From the sequence record MT446420.1: 64,000 nucleotides of DNA; one strand, given 5' to 3'. Origin of the DNA: Escherichia virus TH54. The notes under the pieces were generated by a model. That model ran no database searches and was not told where the DNA came from. It worked only from the letters and a program-made list of their open reading frames with translations. The number at the start of each line of letters is the position of its first letter. Positions within the stretch are counted from its first letter, which is position 1. This document shows, piece by piece, positions 19,489 through 28,840 of this stretch. The position numbers were made by a program, and so were the translations under genes.

Positions 19489-19788
19489 TTAAAGGACAAG
19501 CAGAGTCTCGGTCTGCAGTCCATTCACGGAAATCAATTTATTGAAACAGAATGAACGCCATTCATTAAGCTTGGTATCAAATACCCGGATATAACTAACT
19601 GGTTCTTTACGAGCTTCTGGTCCAGGGGTCTGGATTTCTTTATATGGAAGCAGGTCCAGGTCGCGAGTACAAGTCATACGACGGATACTACCATCTGCTT
19701 TTTCAAACAGAACTTCGTGAAAGCCAACAGACAAAATAGTCTTGACTTTTTCGCGAAGGCGAATTGTTTCTTGTTCAGTTAAAATCAT
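19489..19788 (-). CDS. hypothetical protein (31.1 position)
   Basis: 99 aa ORF downstream of gene 31. Confidence 0.55.
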   Translation of the reverse strand: MILTEQETIRLREKVKTILSVGFHEVLFEKADGSIRRMTCTRDLDLLPYKEIQTPGPEARKEPVSYIRVFDTKLNEWRSFCFNKLISVNGLQTETLLVL

Positions 19789-19790
19789 AA

Positions 19791-20024
19791 TTATTCCAAA
19801 ACAGTTTTAATGGTTGTTGCATTACGCTCTTTTAAAGCACGCAATAGCCGTTGACAATTTTCAAGAATAGGTGCCGTTTTATATTTCGAATAAGCGTCAA
19901 CCCAATCAGATTTATAGTACGATTTCCAGCGAGAGAAGAAATACTTTTTGTATTCTACAGAAAAGGCGGTTAAACTTTCACCTTTTGAGTTTAGCCCTGA
20001 TATTTTAACCATACGAAATTTCAT
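19791..20024 (-). CDS. hypothetical protein (31.2 position)
   Basis: 77 aa ORF; ATGA overlap with the cd stop. Confidence 0.5.
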   Translation of the reverse strand: MKFRMVKISGLNSKGESLTAFSVEYKKYFFSRWKSYYKSDWVDAYSKYKTAPILENCQRLLRALKERNATTIKTVLE

Positions 20025-20605
20025 TATTCACCACAAAATTCGTTAATGTTTTCCCAGTTCAATTTGTCTAAACTACGCTTAGGCACATTGAACACCTCAA
20101 TTCCCGCATTCTTCAGGATATCATCCCAACCAGGAATATTCTTGTCATATGTTTCACAGTAAACCAATTTCTTGATTCCTGATTGAGAAATTGCTTTTGC
20201 GCAATCAGGACAAGGAGAAAGTGTCACATACATAGTGGCGCCTTCAATTGACGAACCCATCCTTGCTGCGAACAGAATCGCATTAAGCTCAGCATGGATT
20301 TCGTTGTTCTTTGACCAAGCAGAATGGGCTTCGCGATGGGCTTTCGCCAATACAAAACGGTCAACCTTACTGAATCTCACGCATTCTGGCTTATGACCAG
20401 GGACGAGAACAGGTTTAGGTTTATTCAGTAACCAACCTTGCTCTTCCGCATGCTCGCAACAGTTGACCCCGCCTGCAGGGGAACCATTATACCCTGTAGA
20501 AATAATGCGCCCATTCTTTTCAATAACAGCTCCCACTTTCCAGGAGCAACATTTGGATTCTTGAGATACAAGGTATGCGATTTGCAGAACAGTAGTTGGT
20601 TTCAT
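20024..20605 (-). CDS. cd: dCMP deaminase
   Basis: 193 aa; cytidine/dCMP deaminase zinc motifs CEHAE and PCPDC; same length as T4 Cd. Confidence 0.92.
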   Translation of the reverse strand: MKPTTVLQIAYLVSQESKCCSWKVGAVIEKNGRIISTGYNGSPAGGVNCCEHAEEQGWLLNKPKPVLVPGHKPECVRFSKVDRFVLAKAHREAHSAWSKNNEIHAELNAILFAARMGSSIEGATMYVTLSPCPDCAKAISQSGIKKLVYCETYDKNIPGWDDILKNAGIEVFNVPKRSLDKLNWENINEFCGE

Positions 20606-20941
20606 TTACATCACCACGAGATAATTGGTTTTAATAGTTTCAACACGATATAATTCATGTCGCAATTTAGTAATGCTCTTAACATGTGTTGTAATTATAC
20701 TATCACCGTCGCCGAAGCGTTTTTTCTTATCGTCAAAAATCACCCCAAACATTCGCTCACCAATTTCTACAGGAGCTTCTGTGATAACAACCGCATCATA
20801 ATTACTTGGGTGAATACTTTTAAACAGAGCATCATTCGCAAGCGTTACTTTGATAAATGCAGTTGTTTCTGGGTCCAACTTACGATGGTCACCTAAATCA
20901 TTTTTAAGTGATTCTTTGAAAATATCCATTAAATTCATCAT
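20606..20941 (-). CDS. hypothetical protein (cd.1 position)
   Basis: 111 aa ORF. Confidence 0.55.
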   Translation of the reverse strand: MMNLMDIFKESLKNDLGDHRKLDPETTAFIKVTLANDALFKSIHPSNYDAVVITEAPVEIGERMFGVIFDDKKKRFGDGDSIITTHVKSITKLRHELYRVETIKTNYLVVM

Positions 20942-21183
20942 TGAATATACACTCGCTGCGCTTCAACCAGACCATCAGAACCCAATTTCAGTTGGGTCAA
21001 CTGGTCACCACCTTTTAGGGTAATTTTCGGATTAATGACAATCATAAAACTGCGTGCAGATTCCTGAATAACTTGCAAAGTCGCAGCAGGGAATCGCTGC
21101 GATACTCGGTTAATCATCTCTTGAGCAAATGACTTCACTTTTTCGTGGAACTCTTCAACAGTAATTGGGGTTTCACTAAGCAT
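20938..21183 (-). CDS. hypothetical protein
   Basis: 81 aa ORF with 4-nt overlaps to both neighbours. Confidence 0.5.
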   Translation of the reverse strand: MLSETPITVEEFHEKVKSFAQEMINRVSQRFPAATLQVIQESARSFMIVINPKITLKGGDQLTQLKLGSDGLVEAQRVYIQ

Positions 21184-21725
21184 CAGATTGTCTCCTGTTT
21201 TACTTGTTTAACGATAGAAGCTTTTGTGATATCACCTTTGATAATATAACAATCTTCTGCAGTACCACGGTTTAACAGGCGTTCTGCTTCGTCTTCTGCA
21301 TATTCTTTTGACACATGACGAGAGTTAATCTCAATCTTGCCATTTTTAACCACAAGCAATTTCCAAACTGATGCAAGTTTCACTGGCACAGGTTCAACTG
21401 CTGGCTTAACACCAACTTCTGCCCGGATGAAATAATCAAATTCATCAGACAATGGACCAGCAGAAACAAACATTGCTCCATGATGCCTGTTCTGTGTGCC
21501 AGATATTTTTGCCAAATCCACAAAATCATTTTCATCAATCAAACGTATCTCACAAACTTTTCTTCCACCGCTCGCGGTATCAGGTACAATTTTCACTTCA
21601 AACGGAGTCATACCGATGTATTTGGCAATTTGGTAATTAGCTGCCCAGCCTCCGGCAATAAACTGTTTTTTGGCATTTTCAGATGCGAACTTGTAAAACT
21701 TGCCTTCTTCAAAGAAATTACTCAT
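21183..21725 (-). CDS. hypothetical protein, member of a small paralogous family (GKFY...AKKQFIAG)
   Basis: 180 aa; N-terminal GKFYKFASENAKKQFIAGGW resembles the N-terminus of the 34031-34402 product; early promoter upstream. Confidence 0.6.
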   Translation of the reverse strand: MSNFFEEGKFYKFASENAKKQFIAGGWAANYQIAKYIGMTPFEVKIVPDTASGGRKVCEIRLIDENDFVDLAKISGTQNRHHGAMFVSAGPLSDEFDYFIRAEVGVKPAVEPVPVKLASVWKLLVVKNGKIEINSRHVSKEYAEDEAERLLNRGTAEDCYIIKGDITKASIVKQVKQETI

Positions 21726-21785
21726 TTTGTTTTCCTCATGTGTTGATGAAATTCATTATACACCATCCGTGGTGAAAGTAAACAC

Positions 21786-22064
21786 TTAAATTGCTTCGGC
21801 AACTACCGTTTGTTTCTGGAAGTCCATTTTGCATGAAATAGCCAAAATGTGGTTATCAATTTTAAACGGAACAATTGCAAATGCTGCACCAGGTGTGAGT
21901 TGAACAGTGATTGCATCAACTGCATCCGGGAACATGATTTCCAGAATAGCAGACAAACGACCATGCACCTTTAGTTCAGTCGACACGTCGACGCTTTCGT
22001 ATAGATAATCAGATACAATCTGACTAAAAACTACTTTAACAATTTCAGAATATGTAGGAAACAT
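21786..22064 (-). CDS. hypothetical protein
   Basis: 92 aa ORF. Confidence 0.5.
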   Translation of the reverse strand: MFPTYSEIVKVVFSQIVSDYLYESVDVSTELKVHGRLSAILEIMFPDAVDAITVQLTPGAAFAIVPFKIDNHILAISCKMDFQKQTVVAEAI

Positions 22065-22136
22065 TTCTTTTCTCGCTTAGTTATTGGGGTTATCCAAAGG
22101 ACCTAGACCCCATTATAACATAAAATTTTTAAAGCG

Positions 22137-22352
22137 TTAATGGACGGTATGCACCTTGACATTAACAATAAATCGGTCAATGACTTCAGTCAACGGAACG
22201 AATTCAACATAATATTCGCCCTTGTAACGTTCGTTGATGTCATTACGCAGTGCAGCCAGGTTGTTGATAAGAGCAGGAGACATATTCTGCCCTACCAGTT
22301 TCTGAAGCTCTTTATAAGCTTCTTCTTCAACTTCATGGTGTTTGTTATACAT
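22137..22352 (-). CDS. hypothetical protein
   Basis: Track ORF 22137-22421; ATG 22352 (MYNKHHEVEEE...) avoids a long out-of-frame overlap with the upstream gene. Confidence 0.45.
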   Translation of the reverse strand: MYNKHHEVEEEAYKELQKLVGQNMSPALINNLAALRNDINERYKGEYYVEFVPLTEVIDRFIVNVKVHTVH

Positions 22353-22542
22353 AATGTTCTTCCAAGAAGGCCAAGAGTTCTGGAGCGGATTTAAAGATAC
22401 CGCCATCGACCTTGTCTTCATCTTTATAGTCCATTACATCCAGACCAATACGTCCATCTGTTAAAGGCCATACGCTGAAAAAGTATTCGTAACGTTTTTC
22501 AATTTCTTCGATTGTACGAAAAATCTTTTCGATATTATTCAT
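22345..22542 (-). CDS. hypothetical protein
   Basis: 65 aa ORF. Confidence 0.5.
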   Translation of the reverse strand: MNNIEKIFRTIEEIEKRYEYFFSVWPLTDGRIGLDVMDYKDEDKVDGGIFKSAPELLAFLEEHYV

Positions 22543-22731
22543 AGGTTTTCCATGGTAATGGGATTTTAGTTTGCTTTACTGTTAATTCAATACCCGGGTT
22601 CTTGGCTTTTAATTTAAGGCATTCTTCCCAGGCTTTAGATTGACTAGTGAATACACAGAACTGCCCATTGTTAGTTCCAACTAAACCGCCGTCCACGTGA
22701 ACAACGGCCCAGGTTTCATGATGCCAGGCCA

Positions 22732-22732
<1 letters not shown>
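22535..22732 (-). CDS. hypothetical protein
   Basis: Track ORF 22535-22762; internal ATG 22732 abuts the pseT stop. Confidence 0.45.
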
Positions 22733-23950
<1,218 letters not shown>

Positions 23951-23954
<4 letters not shown>

Positions 23955-24433
23955 ACACCAAGCTCCTTATAAAGTTCTTCGCGACAGGTTTTAAGGATTT
24001 TACCAGTTTCATAAGCTGCACTTTCAGAAACATCACCAAGTGCAGCAGCAGATTGCATTTGACCATGGCGTTTAGCCGCGTATTCAAAACTTTTCACCAA
24101 TTCACGAATACGTTCTTTTTCATTGTACTCTTCAATGAATTCAGGGTATTCCCAAACAGGTCGCATCATACGATACCAATGCTGAATAGTAATATAATTA
24201 CTTCCATCCAGATTAATAATTTGTGAAGGCTTAATAGCACCCGGAGCATAAAAAGTTACCTGTCTTACTACATCAATACCGTCCACCATAGCCCAAGCAA
24301 AATCAAAAGTTGCCTTCTTTTCAATTGGTGTACTTGCACAGGACCCTAATTTTAAGAGCTTTTGTAATGCAGGGGATTTAACACCTGAAATGTATTCAGG
24401 ATTAGCTACAAAAGAATTGTCACGTAAAGTCAT
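23951..24433 (-). CDS. hypothetical protein with its own early promoter
   Basis: Track ORF 23951-24469; ATG 24433/24439 follows GAGGAA SD and a GTGTACA-N17-TATAAT promoter. Confidence 0.55.
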
Positions 24434-24467
24434 AGTCATTTCCTCAAATTTTATAATCCGTAGGAGC

Positions 24468-24496
24468 ATTATACTCTGCTCCCATGAGTTTGTACA
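24468..24496 (-). promoter_or_regulatory. early sigma70-type promoter (TGTACA-N17-TATAAT)
   Basis: Minus-strand -35 and -10 hexamers with 17-nt spacer; short inverted repeat GAGCA...TGCTC around the -10. Confidence 0.55.
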
Positions 24497-24600
24497 CTAC
24501 TTTCCAAAAATACCATGCATGCACATGCTAAACACGATTCCAAAACAAAAACATGCAGCACCAAATCGAAAGATATCCCATCCGTCAGTACACGCTTCAA

Positions 24601-24891
24601 TCATTTGCAACGCTCCTCTTTTAGTTCAGAACGATAATAACATAACATACCTTTTTGGTCATGTACATACCTTTTTACATCGTTCAGCCAGATTCTAAAT
24701 TCTTGCGATGCTTCAAAAGGCATACCAACCCAGGCCTGACCATCAATTACCTTAACTTCCCATTGCTGCTTATAATCAGTCAATGCAACAGGCCAATTAG
24801 GATGAACTTGGATTGTGGGCTCCACAACGGGCTTCTGGGCGCATGAAACGAGTCCAATAGCCAAACATACTGCCATGATAGATTTCATCAT
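24601..24891 (-). CDS. o-spanin (outer-membrane lipoprotein, Rz1-like)
   Basis: N-terminal signal peptide with lipobox LVSC (MKSIMAVCLAIGLVSCAQ); 96 aa; 4-nt overlap with the upstream i-spanin. Confidence 0.7.
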   Translation of the reverse strand: MMKSIMAVCLAIGLVSCAQKPVVEPTIQVHPNWPVALTDYKQQWEVKVIDGQAWVGMPFEASQEFRIWLNDVKRYVHDQKGMLCYYRSELKEERCK

Positions 24892-25241
24892 TTGGTGAGC
24901 TCCTGGAAGTCCTGAGCAAACTTATCAAAGGACTGATTAATCTGTTTTTCAACTAATTTAGGCTTCGCTGCCACAACCTTAGTACGTTTTGCATCCGCAC
25001 GGAGTTTATCATTTTCCTTCTGCAGAAGTTCAACATATTCCTGACGCTCCTGGTCAAGGAGATTAATTTGATTAATCTGGTCTTTTACTGATTGCAGATT
25101 TTTCGCATTATCTTCTGCAACTTTGGTGACTTCCGCCACCGCTGTCTTGAGATTATCTACTTTTGCTTTTAGATAGAAACCACTACCAGCAGTTACTACC
25201 AGGGCTAGCATAAGCCCTGCGGTGAGATTACTTATTTGCAT
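24888..25241 (-). CDS. i-spanin (inner-membrane, Rz-like)
   Basis: N-terminal transmembrane helix followed by coiled-coil-like periplasmic domain; 117 aa; paired with the o-spanin. Confidence 0.7.
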   Translation of the reverse strand: MQISNLTAGLMLALVVTAGSGFYLKAKVDNLKTAVAEVTKVAEDNAKNLQSVKDQINQINLLDQERQEYVELLQKENDKLRADAKRTKVVAAKPKLVEKQINQSFDKFAQDFQELTK

Positions 25242-25735
25242 AACTTGATGATTACCTCAACAATATCATCCTGGGATAAACCATTCAGGAGGATGTGATT
25301 TGTACTGTCCGACGCTGAAATGCGGAACTGATTACCAACTTCATCCGCCATATCATCCTGGGTTAACACTGGGTGTTTAATCCCCAGGCGGTGTTGAAGT
25401 GTCAGGGGTTCAACCACAACATAACAAACACATCCATTGATATGTACATTAGGTTGGGTCTGGTTAATGAACACTTCTGCATCATATTTAACCAAATGGT
25501 TCTTTAAGAAGTCAACCATTTCAGGAACAGATTCATGCAGTGCTTCTTTCCGCTCTTCTGATTTTTTATCACGATATTCTTTTTGTTTTGCCTTCAACTT
25601 TTTATTGGAGGCGAGTTTTTTCCGCAGGTCAGTCATGAGACCAATTTTCTTGGTCCCTTTATAGACATAAATTCCGTCATGGCGGTCACCATATTCATTG
25701 ACAATCATTTCGTTTGAAATCAGTTGCATATCCAT
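25232..25735 (-). CDS. alc: Alc-like host transcription termination/shutoff protein (probable)
   Basis: Track ORF 25232-25837; ATG 25735 with GAGGAAAATATT SD gives 167 aa, equal to T4 Alc, at the T4 alc position; identity by position and size only. Confidence 0.5.
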   Translation of the reverse strand: MDMQLISNEMIVNEYGDRHDGIYVYKGTKKIGLMTDLRKKLASNKKLKAKQKEYRDKKSEERKEALHESVPEMVDFLKNHLVKYDAEVFINQTQPNVHINGCVCYVVVEPLTLQHRLGIKHPVLTQDDMADEVGNQFRISASDSTNHILLNGLSQDDIVEVIIKLCK

Positions 25736-25748
25736 AATATTTTCCTCA

Positions 25749-25982
25749 TTAGTAGCGGTTGTAACCTCTAGGACCAAAAGAGTTGGCACCCAGGCGCTCA
25801 TCTTTCTTTTTGGCTTTTGCTCTAAACCCAGAATCACTTGTTTGAGCTTTCAATTCTTTTAACAATTTGGCCTTCAGGTCAGTAATGAAACCAATCCGGC
25901 GGTCTCCCTTGTAGACATAGATTCCATCATTTCTGTCACCATATGCCTGTGTAACTCTGTCATTTGTAATTAAGTTTAACAT
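25749..25982 (-). CDS. truncated paralogue of the alc N-terminal region
   Basis: 77 aa; AYGDRNDGIYVYKGDRRIGFITDLKAKL parallels EYGDRHDGIYVYKGTKKIGLMTDLRKKL in the adjacent alc-like protein. Confidence 0.5.
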   Translation of the reverse strand: MLNLITNDRVTQAYGDRNDGIYVYKGDRRIGFITDLKAKLLKELKAQTSDSGFRAKAKKKDERLGANSFGPRGYNRY

Positions 25983-26053
25983 GTTTTGGTCCTCATCAGT
26001 AGTTGATGGAACCATTATGTATAGAAAGGAGGGGCTTGTACACCCCTTTTTTA

Positions 26054-27190
26054 TTATTCAGGAAGGATTACTTCCGCCTGGTAGTCCAACGGAATGTAAA
26101 GTTTATGATTTTTAAGGAAAACTTTATTGATTTGAGCAATCGTTTGTTCAGTTTCCTGTGGGCGTTGATAGGTGTTCATTAATACGGAGAACAATCCCGG
26201 GTATGGTTTACACAACTCTTGACCTTTAATCGCAAACTCGCGACGGTCTTTTCCTGCTAACTGTTTTTGTGCATCAAGCAACAGTCCAAGAGTGTTGGAC
26301 AGATAATCCAGATGTACAATGGTAAAGGCATTAACTTTTTCACGGGCGTAATCATCACCAGTAAACATGGCAATAACATCATCAGCCCCGCCAGCAACAA
26401 CAACTTCAAACAGACGCTCATTATTATTAATGGAGTCTTTGGTATGATGTAGAGCACAATACCATTCTGTTTTCAGCTTGAACTTCTGACCACTCGCCAG
26501 CTCATAGACGAAGCCTTCAATCTCTTTCATACCACGAACATTCTCAATGCTCGCCGGGTCATATGCTTCAACCAGGAAAGGACGGAGCGCAGCATCTTTG
26601 AACAATTCAGGATAAGGAATATATTCACCAGTTTCATTATGACGAACGTTCAGCAAAATCAGGTCACGTTCCTGATAAGGAAGAACAATGCGATTGGTTG
26701 GTGCAACATATTCCATATTGCAAGTATATCCAGCTTCAGTGATTTCAGTCACACGCGCCCTGAACGCTTCACGATGAGGTTGTTTAAACACCTGCAGAGC
26801 TTCTGCAGCTTGTGAGCTTTTGATTGACCCTTTGGATTTAAAGGCGATATTGGTCTGGTCCATATAAGTGGAAACCAAACTACCATCAGCTTTTGCAGTA
26901 ACCAGGACAACTTCATCAAGGTTAAGGTCCATGGTCATTGGGTTCTCACCCAGATTAAAAAATTTTTCCATAGGACGAGCAGCAATGCGAACTGGACCAT
27001 TGTCATCCATTTCAAACATAATGCCACGACACTCTAAAGCATCATCAAGGAGCCAATCGCTATAGGAAGCATAGTTATAGCTAAAGATGCGGAACTTAGT
27101 TTCAAATGGAGAAACAAAATCCGTATAGAAAAACTTACCTTTATCAGATTCGGCGCAAAGCTTCATTAAGTTATCATATAATTCAATCAT
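26054..27190 (-). CDS. rnlA: RNA ligase 1
   Basis: 378 aa; matches T4 Rnl1 blocks (IFSYNYASYSDWLL, ALECRGIMFEMD, KADGSLVSTY with lysine nucleotidyltransferase motif). Confidence 0.92.
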   Translation of the reverse strand: MIELYDNLMKLCAESDKGKFFYTDFVSPFETKFRIFSYNYASYSDWLLDDALECRGIMFEMDDNGPVRIAARPMEKFFNLGENPMTMDLNLDEVVLVTAKADGSLVSTYMDQTNIAFKSKGSIKSSQAAEALQVFKQPHREAFRARVTEITEAGYTCNMEYVAPTNRIVLPYQERDLILLNVRHNETGEYIPYPELFKDAALRPFLVEAYDPASIENVRGMKEIEGFVYELASGQKFKLKTEWYCALHHTKDSINNNERLFEVVVAGGADDVIAMFTGDDYAREKVNAFTIVHLDYLSNTLGLLLDAQKQLAGKDRREFAIKGQELCKPYPGLFSVLMNTYQRPQETEQTIAQINKVFLKNHKLYIPLDYQAEVILPE

Positions 27191-27597
27191 TTCTTCACCT
27201 TATGTTGGTAATTCCACGGGGGATTAAAAAGCTTGATGAACATCGGCTCTTCCAGAGACATAGTTTCGACTGACATCGTGCCAAGCTCATTGGTCATTGA
27301 CAGATTGAAACATTGTCGTGCATAGAATACCACCTTTTTGCCTTCTTGTAAAGCTTCATGTATCATCCGGGATTTGTTTGAATCACTCGTCTGTTCGATT
27401 CGGTTAATTGCAGTCCGGTAATAGTTGATACGCTTCTTAAGGTTGTTCGTCTTACCAATATACACTAGTTCATCATCAACTGAAATAGCATAGATAACAT
27501 TTTTCTTGTTTGCGAGAGTAAGGATAGGGATTTTACCATCGACTAACTCCAACTCCGCGTATTTTATAAAACTGTATTCGTCAGCGATTTGTTTCAT
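27187..27597 (-). CDS. denA: endonuclease II (GIY-YIG family)
   Basis: Track start is a TTG; ATG 27597 gives 136 aa as in T4 DenA; GIY-YIG-like VYIGKT...RINYY and close match to T4 DenA. Confidence 0.85.
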   Translation of the reverse strand: MKQIADEYSFIKYAELELVDGKIPILTLANKKNVIYAISVDDELVYIGKTNNLKKRINYYRTAINRIEQTSDSNKSRMIHEALQEGKKVVFYARQCFNLSMTNELGTMSVETMSLEEPMFIKLFNPPWNYQHKVKK

Positions 27598-27601
27598 AGA
27601 C

Positions 27602-27625
27602 AAAAAGGGCCGAAGCCCTTTCCTT
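27602..27625 (-). terminator. hairpin terminator after nrdB
   Basis: GGGCC-GAAG-CCC stem-loop followed by a T-run on the minus strand right at the nrdB stop. Confidence 0.6.
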
Positions 27626-28802
27626 ATAGATATTTACGGAAACCAGCAAGAACGTTCTCATCGACGTCATTGTCAATCTGGGCTACCAGGTAAGCAGACA
27701 ACTCAACTTCTTGCGGTGCTGATTGCACATTATCAGAGTTAAGATATTCGCGAATCCATGGAATCGGGTGCTTAGTAGATTCTAACACGATTTCACACGG
27801 TAGACCGCATTGCTTCATACGAGAAACCGTCAGGTAATCGATGAACCGGTTAAGAATCTCGACGCTCAACCCAGGGAGTCCACCATCTTTAAACAGATGT
27901 ACGGCCCATTCTTTTTCCTGGCGATTAACTTCCATGAAAATGGCTGCGGCTTCTGCTTCACATTCATGTGCGATTTTAACCCATTCGTCACCGTCAGTAC
28001 CAGTCTGCAACTGACGAAGAATATATTGGGTCCCCTTAAGGTGGAGCTGTTCATCACGGGCGATGAACTTCATTATCTTCGCATTGCCTTCCATGATTTC
28101 CATGTTCTTATGGAAGTTGAAAGTACAAGCAAAAGATACATAAAAACGAATGGCTTCCAGGGCATTAATGACATGCAGGCAGAGATAAAGAGACTTCATC
28201 AATGCTCGTTTGGCGATAGATTCTTGTTTGATAGCTCGTTCCAAACGTTCGTCCGCTTCGGGAGTTTCTTTGGCCAGTTCAACAAAAGCAATCTGGTTTT
28301 GCCATTGACGAGTTTTATTCAGAACATCATCATAGTAATGACCGATGGATTCTGCGCGCTTCATGATTGCATCATCTAACAGGATTTCGTCGAATACCTT
28401 CGCCGGGTCCGTATAAAGATTTCGCATTATGTGCGTATAAGAACGAGAGTGAATTGTCTCGCTGAATGTCCAGGTCTGAATCCATGTATCAAGACTTGGG
28501 TCAGAAACTAATGCGGCTAATGCTGCAGCTGGAGCACGACCCTGGATACTATCCAGAAGTGATTGGTATTTCAGGTTGTTGGTAAAAATATTTTGTTGAT
28601 GTTCAGGAAGCTTATTAAATTGGGCTCCGTCCATCATCAGGTTTACTTCCTCTGGACGCCAGAAGAATGATAATTGCTTTTCTGTTAATTCTTCGAAAAC
28701 TTTATGACGCTGGATATCATAACGGGCAATCCCCAATCCTGAACCAAAAAACATAGGCTCGGCTAAAACATCCACCGGAGTGGTATTAAAAACTGTACTC
28801 AT
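27624..28802 (-). CDS. nrdB: ribonucleotide reductase small subunit (class Ia, beta)
   Basis: 392 aa continuous ORF with R2-type diiron/tyrosyl radical architecture; no intron interruption. Confidence 0.93.
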   Translation of the reverse strand: MSTVFNTTPVDVLAEPMFFGSGLGIARYDIQRHKVFEELTEKQLSFFWRPEEVNLMMDGAQFNKLPEHQQNIFTNNLKYQSLLDSIQGRAPAAALAALVSDPSLDTWIQTWTFSETIHSRSYTHIMRNLYTDPAKVFDEILLDDAIMKRAESIGHYYDDVLNKTRQWQNQIAFVELAKETPEADERLERAIKQESIAKRALMKSLYLCLHVINALEAIRFYVSFACTFNFHKNMEIMEGNAKIMKFIARDEQLHLKGTQYILRQLQTGTDGDEWVKIAHECEAEAAAIFMEVNRQEKEWAVHLFKDGGLPGLSVEILNRFIDYLTVSRMKQCGLPCEIVLESTKHPIPWIREYLNSDNVQSAPQEVELSAYLVAQIDNDVDENVLAGFRKYL

Positions 28803-28840
28803 TTTATTTCCTCAATAGCTCATCCATGAGCATAATTATA

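Noticed and set aside
26030-26050. Hairpin followed by a T-run on the plus strand (GGGGCTTGTACACCCC TTTTTT), looking like a plus-strand terminator inside a minus-strand block
   Set aside because: On the minus strand the same sequence is the A-rich UP element plus the -35 (TGTACA) of the early promoter for the alc-paralogue gene
27810-28379. 189-aa plus-strand ORF from the track
   Set aside because: Antisense to nrdB
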